Shown: positions 10,601-19,807 of the stretch, in pieces
Layout: every line of letters starts with the position of its first letter
Numbering within the stretch: the first letter of the stretch is position 1
Assembly: GCA_965279375.1 (NCBI GenBank)
Contig: OZ257156.1
Coordinates: 608,001 to 672,000, forward strand
Length of the DNA stretch: 64,000 bases
Direction of reading: 5' to 3'
Source: Gemmatimonas sp.
GTDB lineage: Bacteria; Gemmatimonadota; Gemmatimonadetes; Gemmatimonadales; Gemmatimonadaceae
Position numbers and translations under genes: made by a program
Notes under the pieces: generated by a model
Seen by the model: the letters and a program-made list of their open reading frames with translations, nothing else
What the model was told of the DNA's origin: nothing
Databases searched by the model: none

Positions 10601-11055
10601 CCGTGGGTCTCCCCAACATCTGGCTCTTTCAGCTGCTCTTCCCGTTGCTCGCCCCCGCCGCGGATATCGCGCTGGTCGCGTCGCTGGTTCGCCTCGCAAC
10701 GGAAACACCCGCCATTGGCGCGCACGCCGCATGGGCGCACGCGGAGCCGGTGCTGGGTCTCTACCTGCTCTTCCTCGTGATCGACACGGCGACGGCGTTG
10801 ATCGGCCTGAGCTTCGAGCGTGAGGAATCGATGGCGCAGGCGCTGCTGGTGCCACTGCAGCGTGTGGCGTATCGGCAGGTGCTCTACTTCGCGCTGGTAA
10901 AGGCGATGCGTGCCGCCATCAAGGGATGGGCGCCGGGGTGGGGGAAGCTCGAGCGCACGGGACGCGTAGAAGAGGGGAAGCCAGTGCTCGCATACGCGGC
11001 GTCGGACGTCACGTCGCCACACTCGTACGAAGGTCCGGAGCGTCGCACGCGCTAG
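7642..11055 (+). CDS. GH18-like / polysaccharide deacetylase / GT2 glycosyltransferase fusion
   Basis: GH18-like ISLDFE and MLYDEH; NodB TFDDGP, HTWSHP, FRPPY, LLHDAGG; GT2 IDDGSTD, DADT, LAED, QRFRW; TM helices. Confidence 0.9.
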   Translation: MSLRPVFHDPSGRRGRLTRWVAFLAVAATVLVGGSLALGVLHPPVVEPLPMRSGASIAARAPRSRGPSASQCGSAMRRRCPPMPLPTHRAEPVADPIVAAFAVQWDAGSRAALKKVGDHLDWVIVEGAFMGRAGLGELTITMDKDLLADARSRGVDVHLMVTNFAGGSFSEQLVDVIVRTPERRRNAIAQLVGAVDEFGLRGISLDFEKVRPESHEAVLAFIRELRTSLAPSGATVSMAMPLGEDTSYPIAKYGAAVDYLIPMLYDEHVAGSDPGPIASATWFAQALDSVLTLMPREKLLVGLGQYGYHWRDDQTDGVNVSVSEAMALGRSATGGPWFDAKSRSPHAEWRDNAGLMHRVWYMDATTAWNQIRAANLTGTAGVALWRLGSEDVTLWSVLGRTGLTGTTAALETLPSNGISVLIGDGEVLAVDGRQGSGNRTIGVDSAGFVETERIVKPAGGYVITRAGAATKRVALTFDDGPDPEFTPQVLDTLRQRKTVASFFVIGRQVQRYPELARRMTAEGHEIGNHTWSHPDLAGLSESAIKFELAATGRVIEAVTGRRPMLFRPPYIGDARPSTEERLRPMAVANELGYRVAGLEVDARDWEQQDPAAIIATTLDELDHGKGNIILLHDAGGDRTPTIEALGPLIDSLHARGYTITTVAGLLDVTPEAGMPAAPTAEAPHRLLDFAALRLLSTAETVLVGAFLVALVLGFVRLLGIGGLAMWQRSRQRFARRLSDVGYAPRVTILVPAYNEGRVIARTIDSLLTQDYPLLELIVIDDGSTDDTLDVALAANRDARVRVLTQKNAGKSHALNFGISQATGEIVVVVDADTLLAPMAIRHLVRPLADVRVGAVAGNAKVGNRVNLVTRWQAVEYVTSQNLDRRAFAMLNCITVVPGAIGAWRRDAVLAAGGFRSDTLAEDQDLTMTLLRAGHRVALSDKAIAWTEAPETFDALLKQRFRWSFGTLQCAWKHRGALFRRSGGALGTVGLPNIWLFQLLFPLLAPAADIALVASLVRLATETPAIGAHAAWAHAEPVLGLYLLFLVIDTATALIGLSFEREESMAQALLVPLQRVAYRQVLYFALVKAMRAAIKGWAPGWGKLERTGRVEEGKPVLAYAASDVTSPHSYEGPERRTR

Positions 11056-11088
11056 CCAAGTCGCGTCTGCCGCGACAGTGTACGCGGC

Positions 11089-12354
11089 ATGCGGATCTTC
11101 CTCAGCTACGCCTCGCAGGATCGCAGTGCCGCGGAGCCCATCAATCGCGCACTCCTCGATCAGGGGCACGACGTCTTCTTCGATCGAGACGATCTCGCGC
11201 CGGGTGAGGAATATCACATCCAGATTCGCAACGCGATCGAGCGTTCCGAACTGTTCGTCTTTCTGATCAGCGACGACGCGCTCGACACGGGGAGCTACAC
11301 GCTCAACGAACTCGCGATGGCCGAACGCGTGATCACGCGGGCCTCGGGGCGTTTGCTCCCCGTGATGCTGCGCCCCACGTCGTTCGATCGCATTCCCGAG
11401 TTCGTGAAGTCGGTCACGCTGCTGCAGTCGCCGGGCAACATCACCGCCGCGACGGCCGACGCGGTGCATCGCCTCGCGCAGAAGCGGCAGCGCGCGCTCT
11501 GGGGAAAGATCGCTGGCGGCGTGACCGTGGTCGCGCTCCTCGCGATCGGCGCGTGGTCGCTGCGCGGCAACGTGAAACAGACCGCCACTCTCCCGGCCGA
11601 CTCGAGTGCCGCGACGACATCGACGACTGCCACAGGCGCAGGGTCGAATGCGCCCGCCGCTTCCATCGACGGAGCGCCGGAGTCACTGGTGCCTGCCGGT
11701 GCCTTCGTGATGGGCGACGACGAACACGCCCCGATGCGCGAGGTCTATGTAGACAGCTTCTACATCGACACGTACGAAGTCACGACGAGTCGCTACGCGA
11801 AATTTCTCGCAGCAACCGGCGGTATTGCGCCGCCCGATCAATGGGAGACGCTCGAGCCGACAAAGCATGCAAACCTTCCTGTCATCGGCGTGAGTTGGAC
11901 GGATGCGCGCGCGTACTGCGCGTGGGCGGGACGTCGCATGCCGACCGATGCGGAATGGGAGAAGGCCGCGCGCGGCACGGATCAACGACTCTATCCCTGG
12001 GGAAGCGTCTCGCCGGGCATCGATCGAGCCAACTTCGGCAACGCCTCGCCCAGTGCGTACGACGGCGGGTTGTCGGACGTCGGGTCGCACGCAGCAGGAC
12101 GGAGTCCATACGGCGTCGAAGACCTGGCCGGCAACGCCAACGAGTGGGTCGCTGATTGGTACGCCGAGTCATTTCCGCGCAGCGATGTGCGAAATCCGGT
12201 TGGGCCGGAGAGTGGCCCTGGTCGCGTCGTGCGAGGTGGTGGCCGCTATGAACCGCCAGAACGCTTGCTCTCCGCGCGCCGTTACTACGCGGCTCCTGAT
12301 GGTCGACAGGACGATCTGGGCTTCCGTTGCGCACGGAGTGTGCGCGCACGCTGA
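11089..12354 (+). CDS. TIR domain - TM - FGE-sulfatase (SUMF1-like) domain protein
   Basis: IFLSYASQD, VFFDRDDL, YTLNEL (TIR); TM helix; FVMGDD, YEVT, RMPTDAEWEKAARG, DLAGNANEW, LGFRC (FGE). Confidence 0.88.
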   Translation: MRIFLSYASQDRSAAEPINRALLDQGHDVFFDRDDLAPGEEYHIQIRNAIERSELFVFLISDDALDTGSYTLNELAMAERVITRASGRLLPVMLRPTSFDRIPEFVKSVTLLQSPGNITAATADAVHRLAQKRQRALWGKIAGGVTVVALLAIGAWSLRGNVKQTATLPADSSAATTSTTATGAGSNAPAASIDGAPESLVPAGAFVMGDDEHAPMREVYVDSFYIDTYEVTTSRYAKFLAATGGIAPPDQWETLEPTKHANLPVIGVSWTDARAYCAWAGRRMPTDAEWEKAARGTDQRLYPWGSVSPGIDRANFGNASPSAYDGGLSDVGSHAAGRSPYGVEDLAGNANEWVADWYAESFPRSDVRNPVGPESGPGRVVRGGGRYEPPERLLSARRYYAAPDGRQDDLGFRCARSVRAR

Positions 12355-12429
12355 GCCGCTGTCACACGCGCATCTCTCGCGTTGAATGCTGGCCGCGTAG
12401 TCGGCACGGTACGTGCGCTGCATGCGAGG

Positions 12430-13752
12430 GTGAAACACATACGGATCGGCCTCATCGTATCGCTCGTGTTGCTTGGCGGGCTCTGGCTGGCCGGTGATCC
12501 AGCACCAACCGCACCCGTCACGCTGCTGACCGTGCGAAGTTGGCTGGTCAGTGGCACAGGGGTGCTGGCCATCGGAGCGATGAGCTTTGCGATGATACTC
12601 GCGATGCGACCCGTCCTGATCGAGAGCTATCTGGGCGGTCTCGACAAGAGCTATCGCCTGCACCGCTGGTTCGGCATTTCGGCGGCCGCATTCGGCGTGG
12701 CGCACTATCTCGCGGTGCAGGCGCCCAAGTGGTTGCCGAGCAATGCGCCGCGTGGCCCTCGTCAGGCGCGCGTGATGGAGACTGTGCCGTTGTTCCGGTT
12801 CTTTCAGGAGCAGCGGGGTTTCGCCGAGTCGATTGCGACCTTGGCGCTGGTCGCGCTGCTGCTGCTCGTGGCGCTGGCGTTGATCAAGCGATTTCCGTAT
12901 CGACTGTTTGCGCGTTCACATCGACTGCTCGCGCTCGTCTTCGCGGTGCTGGTCGTGCACGGCGTGATTCTGATGCCGTTCGACTACTGGCGCTCGCCGA
13001 TCGGGCCGGTGCTGCTGCTGTTGATGCTCGGCGGCGTGGCGGCATCGATTGGTTCGTTGACGCGTCGCGTCGGCTTCACGCATCGCGCCGCGGCGAGCAT
13101 TGCGTCGTTCACGCGGCACGAAGAGAATCGCGTGTTGCAGGTGGAGCTACTCTTGTCGAATGCGTGGGCGGGACACGAGGCGGGGCAGTTTGCCTTCGTC
13201 ACCTTCGATGCACATGAGGGAGCGCATCCATTCACCATCGCATCCGACTGGCGCGGCGATGGATACATGCAGCTGCTGATCAAGGAACTCGGCGACTACA
13301 CGCGTGCGCTGCCGACGCTCCTCACGGTGGGAAGCGCCGTCACGGTGGAAGGACCGTACGGTCGTTTCAACTTTCGCGGAGCGCCGCGGCGGCAGATCTG
13401 GGTGGGCGGCGGGATTGGCGTCACGCCGTTCATCGCGCGGCTGCATGAGTTGGCGCGTATGCCCGACGGCAAATCGGTGGACTTGTTCTATTCCACTCGC
13501 GAGCCCGACGCCGCATTCGTGCAGCAGCTACAACACGACGCCGATGCGGCGCACGTGCCGTTGCACGTGATGGTCGAGGCCACCGATGGGTTTCTGACGG
13601 TGGCGCACATTCGCGAGTCGGTGCCGGACTCAGCGAGCGCCGATGTGTGGTTCTGTGGGCCCAGCACCTTCGGGCACATACTGGAAGCCGATTTCCGTGC
13701 GGGTGGGCTCGCCCGCACGGATTTTCATCAGGAGCTATTCGAGATTCGCTGA
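12430..13752 (+). CDS. Ferric-reductase-like transmembrane protein with FAD/NAD(P)H-binding domains
   Basis: GGLDKSYRLHRWFG, haem-type His residues in TM helices, HPFTI, EGPYG, GGGIGVTPF, WFCGP, FHQELF. Confidence 0.85.
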   Translation: MKHIRIGLIVSLVLLGGLWLAGDPAPTAPVTLLTVRSWLVSGTGVLAIGAMSFAMILAMRPVLIESYLGGLDKSYRLHRWFGISAAAFGVAHYLAVQAPKWLPSNAPRGPRQARVMETVPLFRFFQEQRGFAESIATLALVALLLLVALALIKRFPYRLFARSHRLLALVFAVLVVHGVILMPFDYWRSPIGPVLLLLMLGGVAASIGSLTRRVGFTHRAAASIASFTRHEENRVLQVELLLSNAWAGHEAGQFAFVTFDAHEGAHPFTIASDWRGDGYMQLLIKELGDYTRALPTLLTVGSAVTVEGPYGRFNFRGAPRRQIWVGGGIGVTPFIARLHELARMPDGKSVDLFYSTREPDAAFVQQLQHDADAAHVPLHVMVEATDGFLTVAHIRESVPDSASADVWFCGPSTFGHILEADFRAGGLARTDFHQELFEIR

Positions 13753-13756
13753 GGAA

Positions 13757-13924
13757 TCAGGTACCGCGGCGGCCGCCGTTCTTGGCCTTGGCAGGTGGCT
13801 TTTGCGGCTGACGCGGGTTGGGAGTGTGGCTCTTCTCACCAGCAACCGGCGGCTTGACGCCGGCCGCCGGTGCGGGACGCTTGCGTGAGAAGTCGGGAAT
13901 GGCGGCCGTGTTTCGCTTTTTCAT
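13757..13924 (-). CDS. Small basic hypothetical protein (55 aa)
   Basis: AGGAG RBS before ATG; MKKRNTAAIPDFSRKRP...GGRRGT. Confidence 0.5.
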   Translation of the reverse strand: MKKRNTAAIPDFSRKRPAPAAGVKPPVAGEKSHTPNPRQPQKPPAKAKNGGRRGT

Positions 13925-14019
13925 TGCATGCTCCTGAGACTGCTCGGGGCGCCGTAGCGCGCGTGTGCCGACGTTGTGTCGTTGCTCTGTCTCAGGAAAT
14001 GTAGTCACCCGTCAGCCGC

Positions 14020-16053
14020 TCATCGCTCGCCGTGAGGCCGCCGGAGGTACCCCCCGTAGTAGTAGGGCTCCTCCACGATGATCGTCACGGCAGCGAGGCG
14101 TGTGAGTCCGCCGCTGCGGCCTCGGATGACCACGACGTGCTTGCCGGCGGCGACCGACGCGTTCGCGGTGATCTGCATGATCGTGCTGTTGAGGGGACTC
14201 GGCTCCCCTGGGAGAAACGTGATGGTGAAGTCCCGCGGATTGGCGAGGACCGCGTCGTAGGCGAGCGTGCCGCTGAAGCCACTTAGACGTAGTACATCCA
14301 CCTTGAGCGTCGGCGGCGTTGGCGGCTCACCCTTGGTGATGGTGAGTTCAGTCTGTTGTGGCAGCAGACTGAAATCGGGAATGGATGACGCGACGACGTT
14401 GACCGTGGCCGTCGCTGACGGCGGTGTGGTACCGGCCAATGCCGTGACCCGCAGCGTCGAGGTGCCCACGGTTCCGCCAATCACCTGTAGTGTTGCCGTG
14501 TCGCCGCTCACCCACGTGGGGGCGATCCACGCGCTGCCTCCGCCGACGACGGCTCCTGTCAGCCGCAGCTCGATCAGCTGCCCCACGTAGCTGCCGCTTC
14601 GCGTGATGCGCACGGGAATGAGTGCCATGGCGCGCGGTGCGATCGTCACCGACGGCGTGAGCACTTCGACGGCTAAGGTGTTCGCCGGCGGCGGCGGGGC
14701 CGGCACGGTGAGTGTGACGGTGGTGGTTTTGGAGAGTGTACCCGCCACGCCGCGCACGGTCAGCGGATAGACGCCGACTGCGGTGGAGTTGGCCACGCTC
14801 AGCGTCAGCGCGGAAGTGGCGCCAGTCGCGCTCGCTGGCGAGAAGGCCGCGGTCACGCCCGCCGGCAAGCCGAGTACGTCAAGTGCGACGGCTCCGGGTG
14901 AACCGGTGCGCTGCAGTGCCACGTTAGTCGCCCCGGAAGCACCACGCGCGACAGTGAGCGCACTGGGCGATGCAGAGAGTGTGAAGTCTGCCGGTGTCGT
15001 GACCGTAAGCGTGACCACTTGCGTGCGTACGAGCGGGCCGGCTGTGGCGGTGATGGTGATGGGGTAGGTGCCGTCCGGCGTGGCAGCGGTCGTGGTGACA
15101 TCGAGGCGCGAGGTGGTGCCCGTCACCGTGGCGGGCGTGAATGCGGCCGTGACTCCGGTTGGCAGCGCGCTCGTGGTGAGCAGGATATCTCCGATTCCGG
15201 GTGCGGAGCGTGTCATCGCGATGTTGAACGCAGCACTGCCGCCGGGCGCGACCGCCGCGACACTTGGCGTGGCCAGAAGCGTGATGTCGGGTGGGATCGG
15301 AACGTCGGCGACGGTGAGAAGAAAGCGCGCGGTGTCGCTCGAAGCGCCAGCGGTCCCGATCACTCTCACCAGATAGCGGCCGGCTGTTGCGTTGCCCGGA
15401 ACGGAGAGGCGCAGTATTCCAGTCGCGCCGCTCATCGTGGGCTGATCGAACGACGCCTTCGTGTTGGCCGGAAGCGTTGTTGAATCCGCCACCAGTGTCA
15501 CCCCGCTGGTGAAACCATTGACGCGATTGAGTCCGATATTGACATCGACGACACCGCCGACCGTGACGCTCGCCGACGACGCCGACATGGTGAACGGCTG
15601 AATCACTTCGAGAGTCAACGGTTGCTCACTGGACACGTTGTTGGGTGCGCCCGTCGATACCGCGAGCACAGACGCCGTTGCCAGCCCCGGCCGCGCAGTC
15701 GCGTTCGCTGACAGCGTGAGCGTTGACGAACCGGACGCGGTGAGCGTTGCCGGTGCGAAGCTGGCAGTCACGCCCGGCGGCAGTACGCCTGCGACGCTCA
15801 ACTGCGCGCCGGTTGCCGCGCCAGAGATGGTGACTGCAACCGATGCCGTCGTGCTGGCGCCCGGTAACACGTTCAATCGCGAAGGATTCACGACGGCGGT
15901 GATGGTGGGCGCGACGATCGTGTCCGCACTCGGCGCCGTCACCTTCGTGCAGAAGCCAAGGTCAAATATCGTGCACGCGGTGAGCAGCGTCGCAGGCACC
16001 AGTCGAAGGGTGCGCAAGCCATTCCGAAAATTCGTCCGCACGGTGTGCTCCAT
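14020..16053 (-). CDS. Putative lipoprotein with about six tandem Ig-like beta-sandwich repeats
   Basis: Lipobox-like LLTAC; repeated DF(T/S)L..P..LTV..G...LP.GVTA.F.PA...G.TS.L.L units; Thr/Ala/Val rich; alternative GTG start at 16041. Confidence 0.75.
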   Translation of the reverse strand: MEHTVRTNFRNGLRTLRLVPATLLTACTIFDLGFCTKVTAPSADTIVAPTITAVVNPSRLNVLPGASTTASVAVTISGAATGAQLSVAGVLPPGVTASFAPATLTASGSSTLTLSANATARPGLATASVLAVSTGAPNNVSSEQPLTLEVIQPFTMSASSASVTVGGVVDVNIGLNRVNGFTSGVTLVADSTTLPANTKASFDQPTMSGATGILRLSVPGNATAGRYLVRVIGTAGASSDTARFLLTVADVPIPPDITLLATPSVAAVAPGGSAAFNIAMTRSAPGIGDILLTTSALPTGVTAAFTPATVTGTTSRLDVTTTAATPDGTYPITITATAGPLVRTQVVTLTVTTPADFTLSASPSALTVARGASGATNVALQRTGSPGAVALDVLGLPAGVTAAFSPASATGATSALTLSVANSTAVGVYPLTVRGVAGTLSKTTTVTLTVPAPPPPANTLAVEVLTPSVTIAPRAMALIPVRITRSGSYVGQLIELRLTGAVVGGGSAWIAPTWVSGDTATLQVIGGTVGTSTLRVTALAGTTPPSATATVNVVASSIPDFSLLPQQTELTITKGEPPTPPTLKVDVLRLSGFSGTLAYDAVLANPRDFTITFLPGEPSPLNSTIMQITANASVAAGKHVVVIRGRSGGLTRLAAVTIIVEEPYYYGGYLRRPHGER

Positions 16054-16194
16054 CGTCAGAGGTCGTGCACGCCTCCGCTGGATCGGGATGCGCGTCCAAC
16101 CGCTGTACGTCGGCCGACCTGCAGTCGTCTCACTCCAATTTCTGCGCGAGCCGACGCAGTTGCCGTCGTAGCGGCAGACCATAGGTTGCGACGG

Positions 16195-19122
16195 ATGCGG
16201 AGCCTGTCCTCACGCCTGCTCACACTCTGCGCGGTACTAGCGTCGCCGATGGCGGACCGATCCATAATGGTCGCGCCGCCTCTGCCGCGCGCCGAGCGAT
16301 CTGCGCCGTTGTCAGTGAGCGCGCGCGAACTGAGCGCCGCCGCGTTGCGCGCGGCTGAAGTCGGCACGCTCGATCGATGGAGTACGCCGTGGAATGAGCG
16401 ATTGCGTATCGCTCCCACCGACCGCTCAGCGCTGTTCGCGGTGGCCACGTCGGAGCGGCTGCGGTATCGACTGCTGCGCGCCGACTCGCTGTACGCACGC
16501 GTGGCTTCTTCAGCACCCGATGACGTGCTGGCACGACAGGCGACCCTCTGGCGCGCGACGCTGCGCGCTGTGCGCGGCCAGGCGGCAGAGGCGAGCACGC
16601 AACTCCTTCAGCTCGAGCAACGGTCGCTTCGCGACACAGATACCTCGACGGCGCTGGACGCGATTCTCGTACGATCCGCAACCGTGATGCGCGTTGACGG
16701 CGCATCGGCGGCGGCGCTCGTCCTCGCGCGCGGCGACTCGCTCCGCTGGTCGCGCGAGCCAATGCTCGACGCTGCGTCGCGCTGCCGCTGGGCCTCGGTG
16801 CGTTCACGGCTCGGGGATCGCCTGTCGGCGCGCAAGCTTGCACGCGAAGGTGAAGCGATCGCACTGCGCGCCGGGCTTTCGCGACTGGCAGCGACGTGCG
16901 TGTTCACCTTGGCGACGGAGTTCGCTCGTAGCGGCCTCACCGACTCGCTGCGTGCGCCGATGCTGCGCGCGATCGCCATGCAGGAGCGCACCGGAGACCT
17001 GGCGGGACTGGCGAGCACCAGTCAGTGGGCCGGATTCTATGTGTCCTCGCTCGGCCACTTCACGCCCGCGCAGCGGTATCTCGCGACGGCGTGGAGCGCG
17101 TCCATGCGGGCGGGAGTGGTGGACGTGGCCGCGTGGACAGCGCTCAATCGTGCGGCAATCGCGCAGCGCTTCTTCGATGCCGCGGCCACGACACTCTGGC
17201 TGGCGCGTGCGGATTCACTGATGCGCATCGTCAACGATCCGCAAGGTCGCATTGAAGTATCGCGGACCATGGCGCGTCAGTCAGCGCTGCTGGGCGACTA
17301 CGATGGCGCACGGGCGCAGTTGATTCAGGCGCTGGAAGTCGCAGAGCGACTGGGTGAGCCTACTGGGCGCGTATCGATCATCGCGACACTGCAGGACACC
17401 GACCTCCGCGCGGGGCGGCTCGACGATGCGGCCCGATGGCTACGCGAGAATGAAGTGCTGATTGAGCGATACAAAATGTCAGGGTTGCTCAGCTCGCAGC
17501 ACGACCGCGAGGCGGAGCTGGCGTTGCATCGCGGCGACGCGCGTACCGCACTGCAACTGCTGGATCACGCCGATGATGCGCTACACCCGAGCCAGTATCT
17601 CTATCGTCACGGACTGGAGCTCCGGCGCTCGCTCGCGCTGGCCATGACCGGCGACGTGGCCGCCGCAGCGCGCTCAGCGCTTTCTGCGGGCGATACCTTC
17701 GATCGCTGGCGGGCCTCGTTGAGCGACAGCTCCTTGCGGTTGCTCACGGTTCAGGCGCAACGCGGCAGCGGTTGGTACGTCTCTGAACTCACCGCGCGCC
17801 TCGCCGACGCGGGCGAAGTCGAGGTCGCGTTCACACTCGCTGAGCGTCGTCGTGCGCGGGATCTGCGTGAGCGACTGCTGATGGCGGGGGGCACTCGTCT
17901 GGCGCCCGACGCAACACCGCTGGGCATCGACGCACTGCGCCGTGCGATTCCCGATGCGTCGACTGCCATCGTCACGATCGACGCCGGCGAAGATGACGCG
18001 CGCGGGACCGCGTTCATCCTCACGCAGCAGTCGATGACAGCGTTCCCGATGCCATCGGTTCGCGAGATCGCGCCGCGCATTCGTCGGCTGGTTGCGTGGC
18101 ATGAATCCGGACGCGACGCGTCCGTCGATGCACGAATGCTGGGCACTGCACTGATTGGCCCGCTGCTCTCTCAGCTCGACAGCGAACGGATCACGCGCCT
18201 CGTGATTCTTCCCGAAGGCGTGTTGCATCGCCTGCCCTTTGATGTGCTTCGACTACCGGATGGGCGCTATCTGTTGGAGCGATTCGAGACCGCGGTGGCA
18301 CCGTCGGCCAACGTACTGGCCAGACTGCGCGCGTTGCCAAGCGTGATTGGCTCGTCGACAGCCGCAGGCAGCACCGGACGCGCGCGCGCACTGGCGCTGG
18401 CCGATGCGCGCGTCCCCGTGCGAGTGGGCACGGACACGACGCTGGGCGGCCGACTACTGGCTGCGATGCTGGGGCGCGACAGGCGCTTGCCGCGTCTTGT
18501 CGGTGCGCGCGACGAGGTCGCCTGGATCGAGCGCGCGATGCCCGGCACAGTCGGATTGCGCGGTGCTGCAGCGCGAGAGGATGTGTTCAAACGTGATGCC
18601 GGCGGTTTCCCACTGCTGCATCTGGCAACGCACGCCGTGGTGGATGAATGGTCGGGTGCGACCGCGGCCATCGCGCTGACGCCCGGCGGCGACGACGATG
18701 GCACGCTCGACAGTGGAGAAATTTCGACGCTGTCGCTCAACGCCAACGTGGTCGTCCTTTCGGCCTGCCGCACCGTCGGCGGCGAGATCATCGCCGGCGA
18801 AGGAGTACGCGGACTGACCAGTGCGTTTCTTCAGGCCGGCGCGCGCAGCGTTGTTGCAACGTCGTGGCGCGTGAACGACCGTGCCGTGGTACCACTGGTG
18901 GGCGCGATGTACGAGTCGCTGGCGCTCGGTCAACCGATCGGGCGCGCGCTGCGTGACGCCAAGCTCGCGTCGTTGGCGCGCGGCGATGGTCCTTCGGTTT
19001 GGGGCGCGTTCACGCTCGTCGGTGATCCGATGCGTACCGTCTCTGCCGCGTCGCGCGCTACCGCACCCGTAGTCGCACCACCCGCGAGCGGCGCTCGTTT
19101 CCGTCCACGCGGCGCGCCGTGA
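16195..19122 (+). CDS. TPR-like repeat + C-terminal CHAT (caspase-like) protease
   Basis: LVILPEGVLHRLPF, LLHLATHA (His), VVLSACRT (Cys), AFLQAGARSVVATSWRVND, WGAFTLVGD; helical N-terminal region; possible signal peptide. Confidence 0.9.
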   Translation: MRSLSSRLLTLCAVLASPMADRSIMVAPPLPRAERSAPLSVSARELSAAALRAAEVGTLDRWSTPWNERLRIAPTDRSALFAVATSERLRYRLLRADSLYARVASSAPDDVLARQATLWRATLRAVRGQAAEASTQLLQLEQRSLRDTDTSTALDAILVRSATVMRVDGASAAALVLARGDSLRWSREPMLDAASRCRWASVRSRLGDRLSARKLAREGEAIALRAGLSRLAATCVFTLATEFARSGLTDSLRAPMLRAIAMQERTGDLAGLASTSQWAGFYVSSLGHFTPAQRYLATAWSASMRAGVVDVAAWTALNRAAIAQRFFDAAATTLWLARADSLMRIVNDPQGRIEVSRTMARQSALLGDYDGARAQLIQALEVAERLGEPTGRVSIIATLQDTDLRAGRLDDAARWLRENEVLIERYKMSGLLSSQHDREAELALHRGDARTALQLLDHADDALHPSQYLYRHGLELRRSLALAMTGDVAAAARSALSAGDTFDRWRASLSDSSLRLLTVQAQRGSGWYVSELTARLADAGEVEVAFTLAERRRARDLRERLLMAGGTRLAPDATPLGIDALRRAIPDASTAIVTIDAGEDDARGTAFILTQQSMTAFPMPSVREIAPRIRRLVAWHESGRDASVDARMLGTALIGPLLSQLDSERITRLVILPEGVLHRLPFDVLRLPDGRYLLERFETAVAPSANVLARLRALPSVIGSSTAAGSTGRARALALADARVPVRVGTDTTLGGRLLAAMLGRDRRLPRLVGARDEVAWIERAMPGTVGLRGAAAREDVFKRDAGGFPLLHLATHAVVDEWSGATAAIALTPGGDDDGTLDSGEISTLSLNANVVVLSACRTVGGEIIAGEGVRGLTSAFLQAGARSVVATSWRVNDRAVVPLVGAMYESLALGQPIGRALRDAKLASLARGDGPSVWGAFTLVGDPMRTVSAASRATAPVVAPPASGARFRPRGAP

Positions 19123-19807
19123 CCATCCAGTCCGCCGCGGCGTGCTTTCGCAAAAGCGCCGCCTCGGACTCCGAGAGTGTTAGCGTCGAGTCGCTTGTCT
19201 CACGCGCGAGAATCACCACACCCGCACTGTCGACCAGTTCAAACGCATAGCGAACGGCGCCGGGCACCGCGTGCCAGACGAAGACGGGCAACGACTCCGC
19301 GACTTCCTGCATTGGCGCAACCAGGCTGACCTCGGCGGGATCTCCGCGAACGATCGAGCCGCGCGACTGCCGCAACCGCTGGCCGCCGATGCCGACCGCG
19401 ACAAGCACCAACGCAGCCGCTGCGAGATTGCGCAGCGACCACATCCGGGGCGCTGTCCTGCTTACGGCGCGTGACTTGGTGGCACCGGTCGGCTGTGTGT
19501 CAGTTACTCGCAGGCGATCGGCAGCCTCCGCCTCCGCGATACTCCGTAGCAGCGCAAACTCGGCGTGACACGAGGTACAGCGCAGCACGTGTTCGAGCTG
19601 CTGCAGATTGGGATCGCCCGCCGTCGCGCCGCGCGCGAGCAGTTCCAGCGCCTCGGGTGATGGACACGCCTCGCGAGAGACCGGCCGAGCGGCGTCGGCA
19701 TTCGCCTTCGTGTGTGCTTGAAACGCAGCACGCAGCGAAGCGCCGCCCTGATGGTCGCTCACGTCGCTCTTGTCGTCGTGCGTGTTGTCGCTTTCGTGCT
19801 CGCTCAC
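19058..19807 (-). CDS. Zinc-binding (zf-HC2/ZAS) transmembrane anti-sigma-like protein with extracytoplasmic beta domain
   Basis: CPSPEAL...HVLRCTSC (HxxxCxxC), TM LAAAALVLVAVGIG, FVWHAVPGAVRYAFEL; GTG overlaps sigma stop. Confidence 0.8.
   Translation of the reverse strand: MSEHESDNTHDDKSDVSDHQGGASLRAAFQAHTKANADAARPVSREACPSPEALELLARGATAGDPNLQQLEHVLRCTSCHAEFALLRSIAEAEAADRLRVTDTQPTGATKSRAVSRTAPRMWSLRNLAAAALVLVAVGIGGQRLRQSRGSIVRGDPAEVSLVAPMQEVAESLPVFVWHAVPGAVRYAFELVDSAGVVILARETSDSTLTLSESEAALLRKHAAADWMVTARRVDGNERRSRVVRLRVR

Noticed and set aside
11670..12354. Diversity-generating retroelement target, or catalytic formylglycine-generating enzyme
   Set aside because: No reverse transcriptase or template repeat seen in the window; catalytic Cys pair absent
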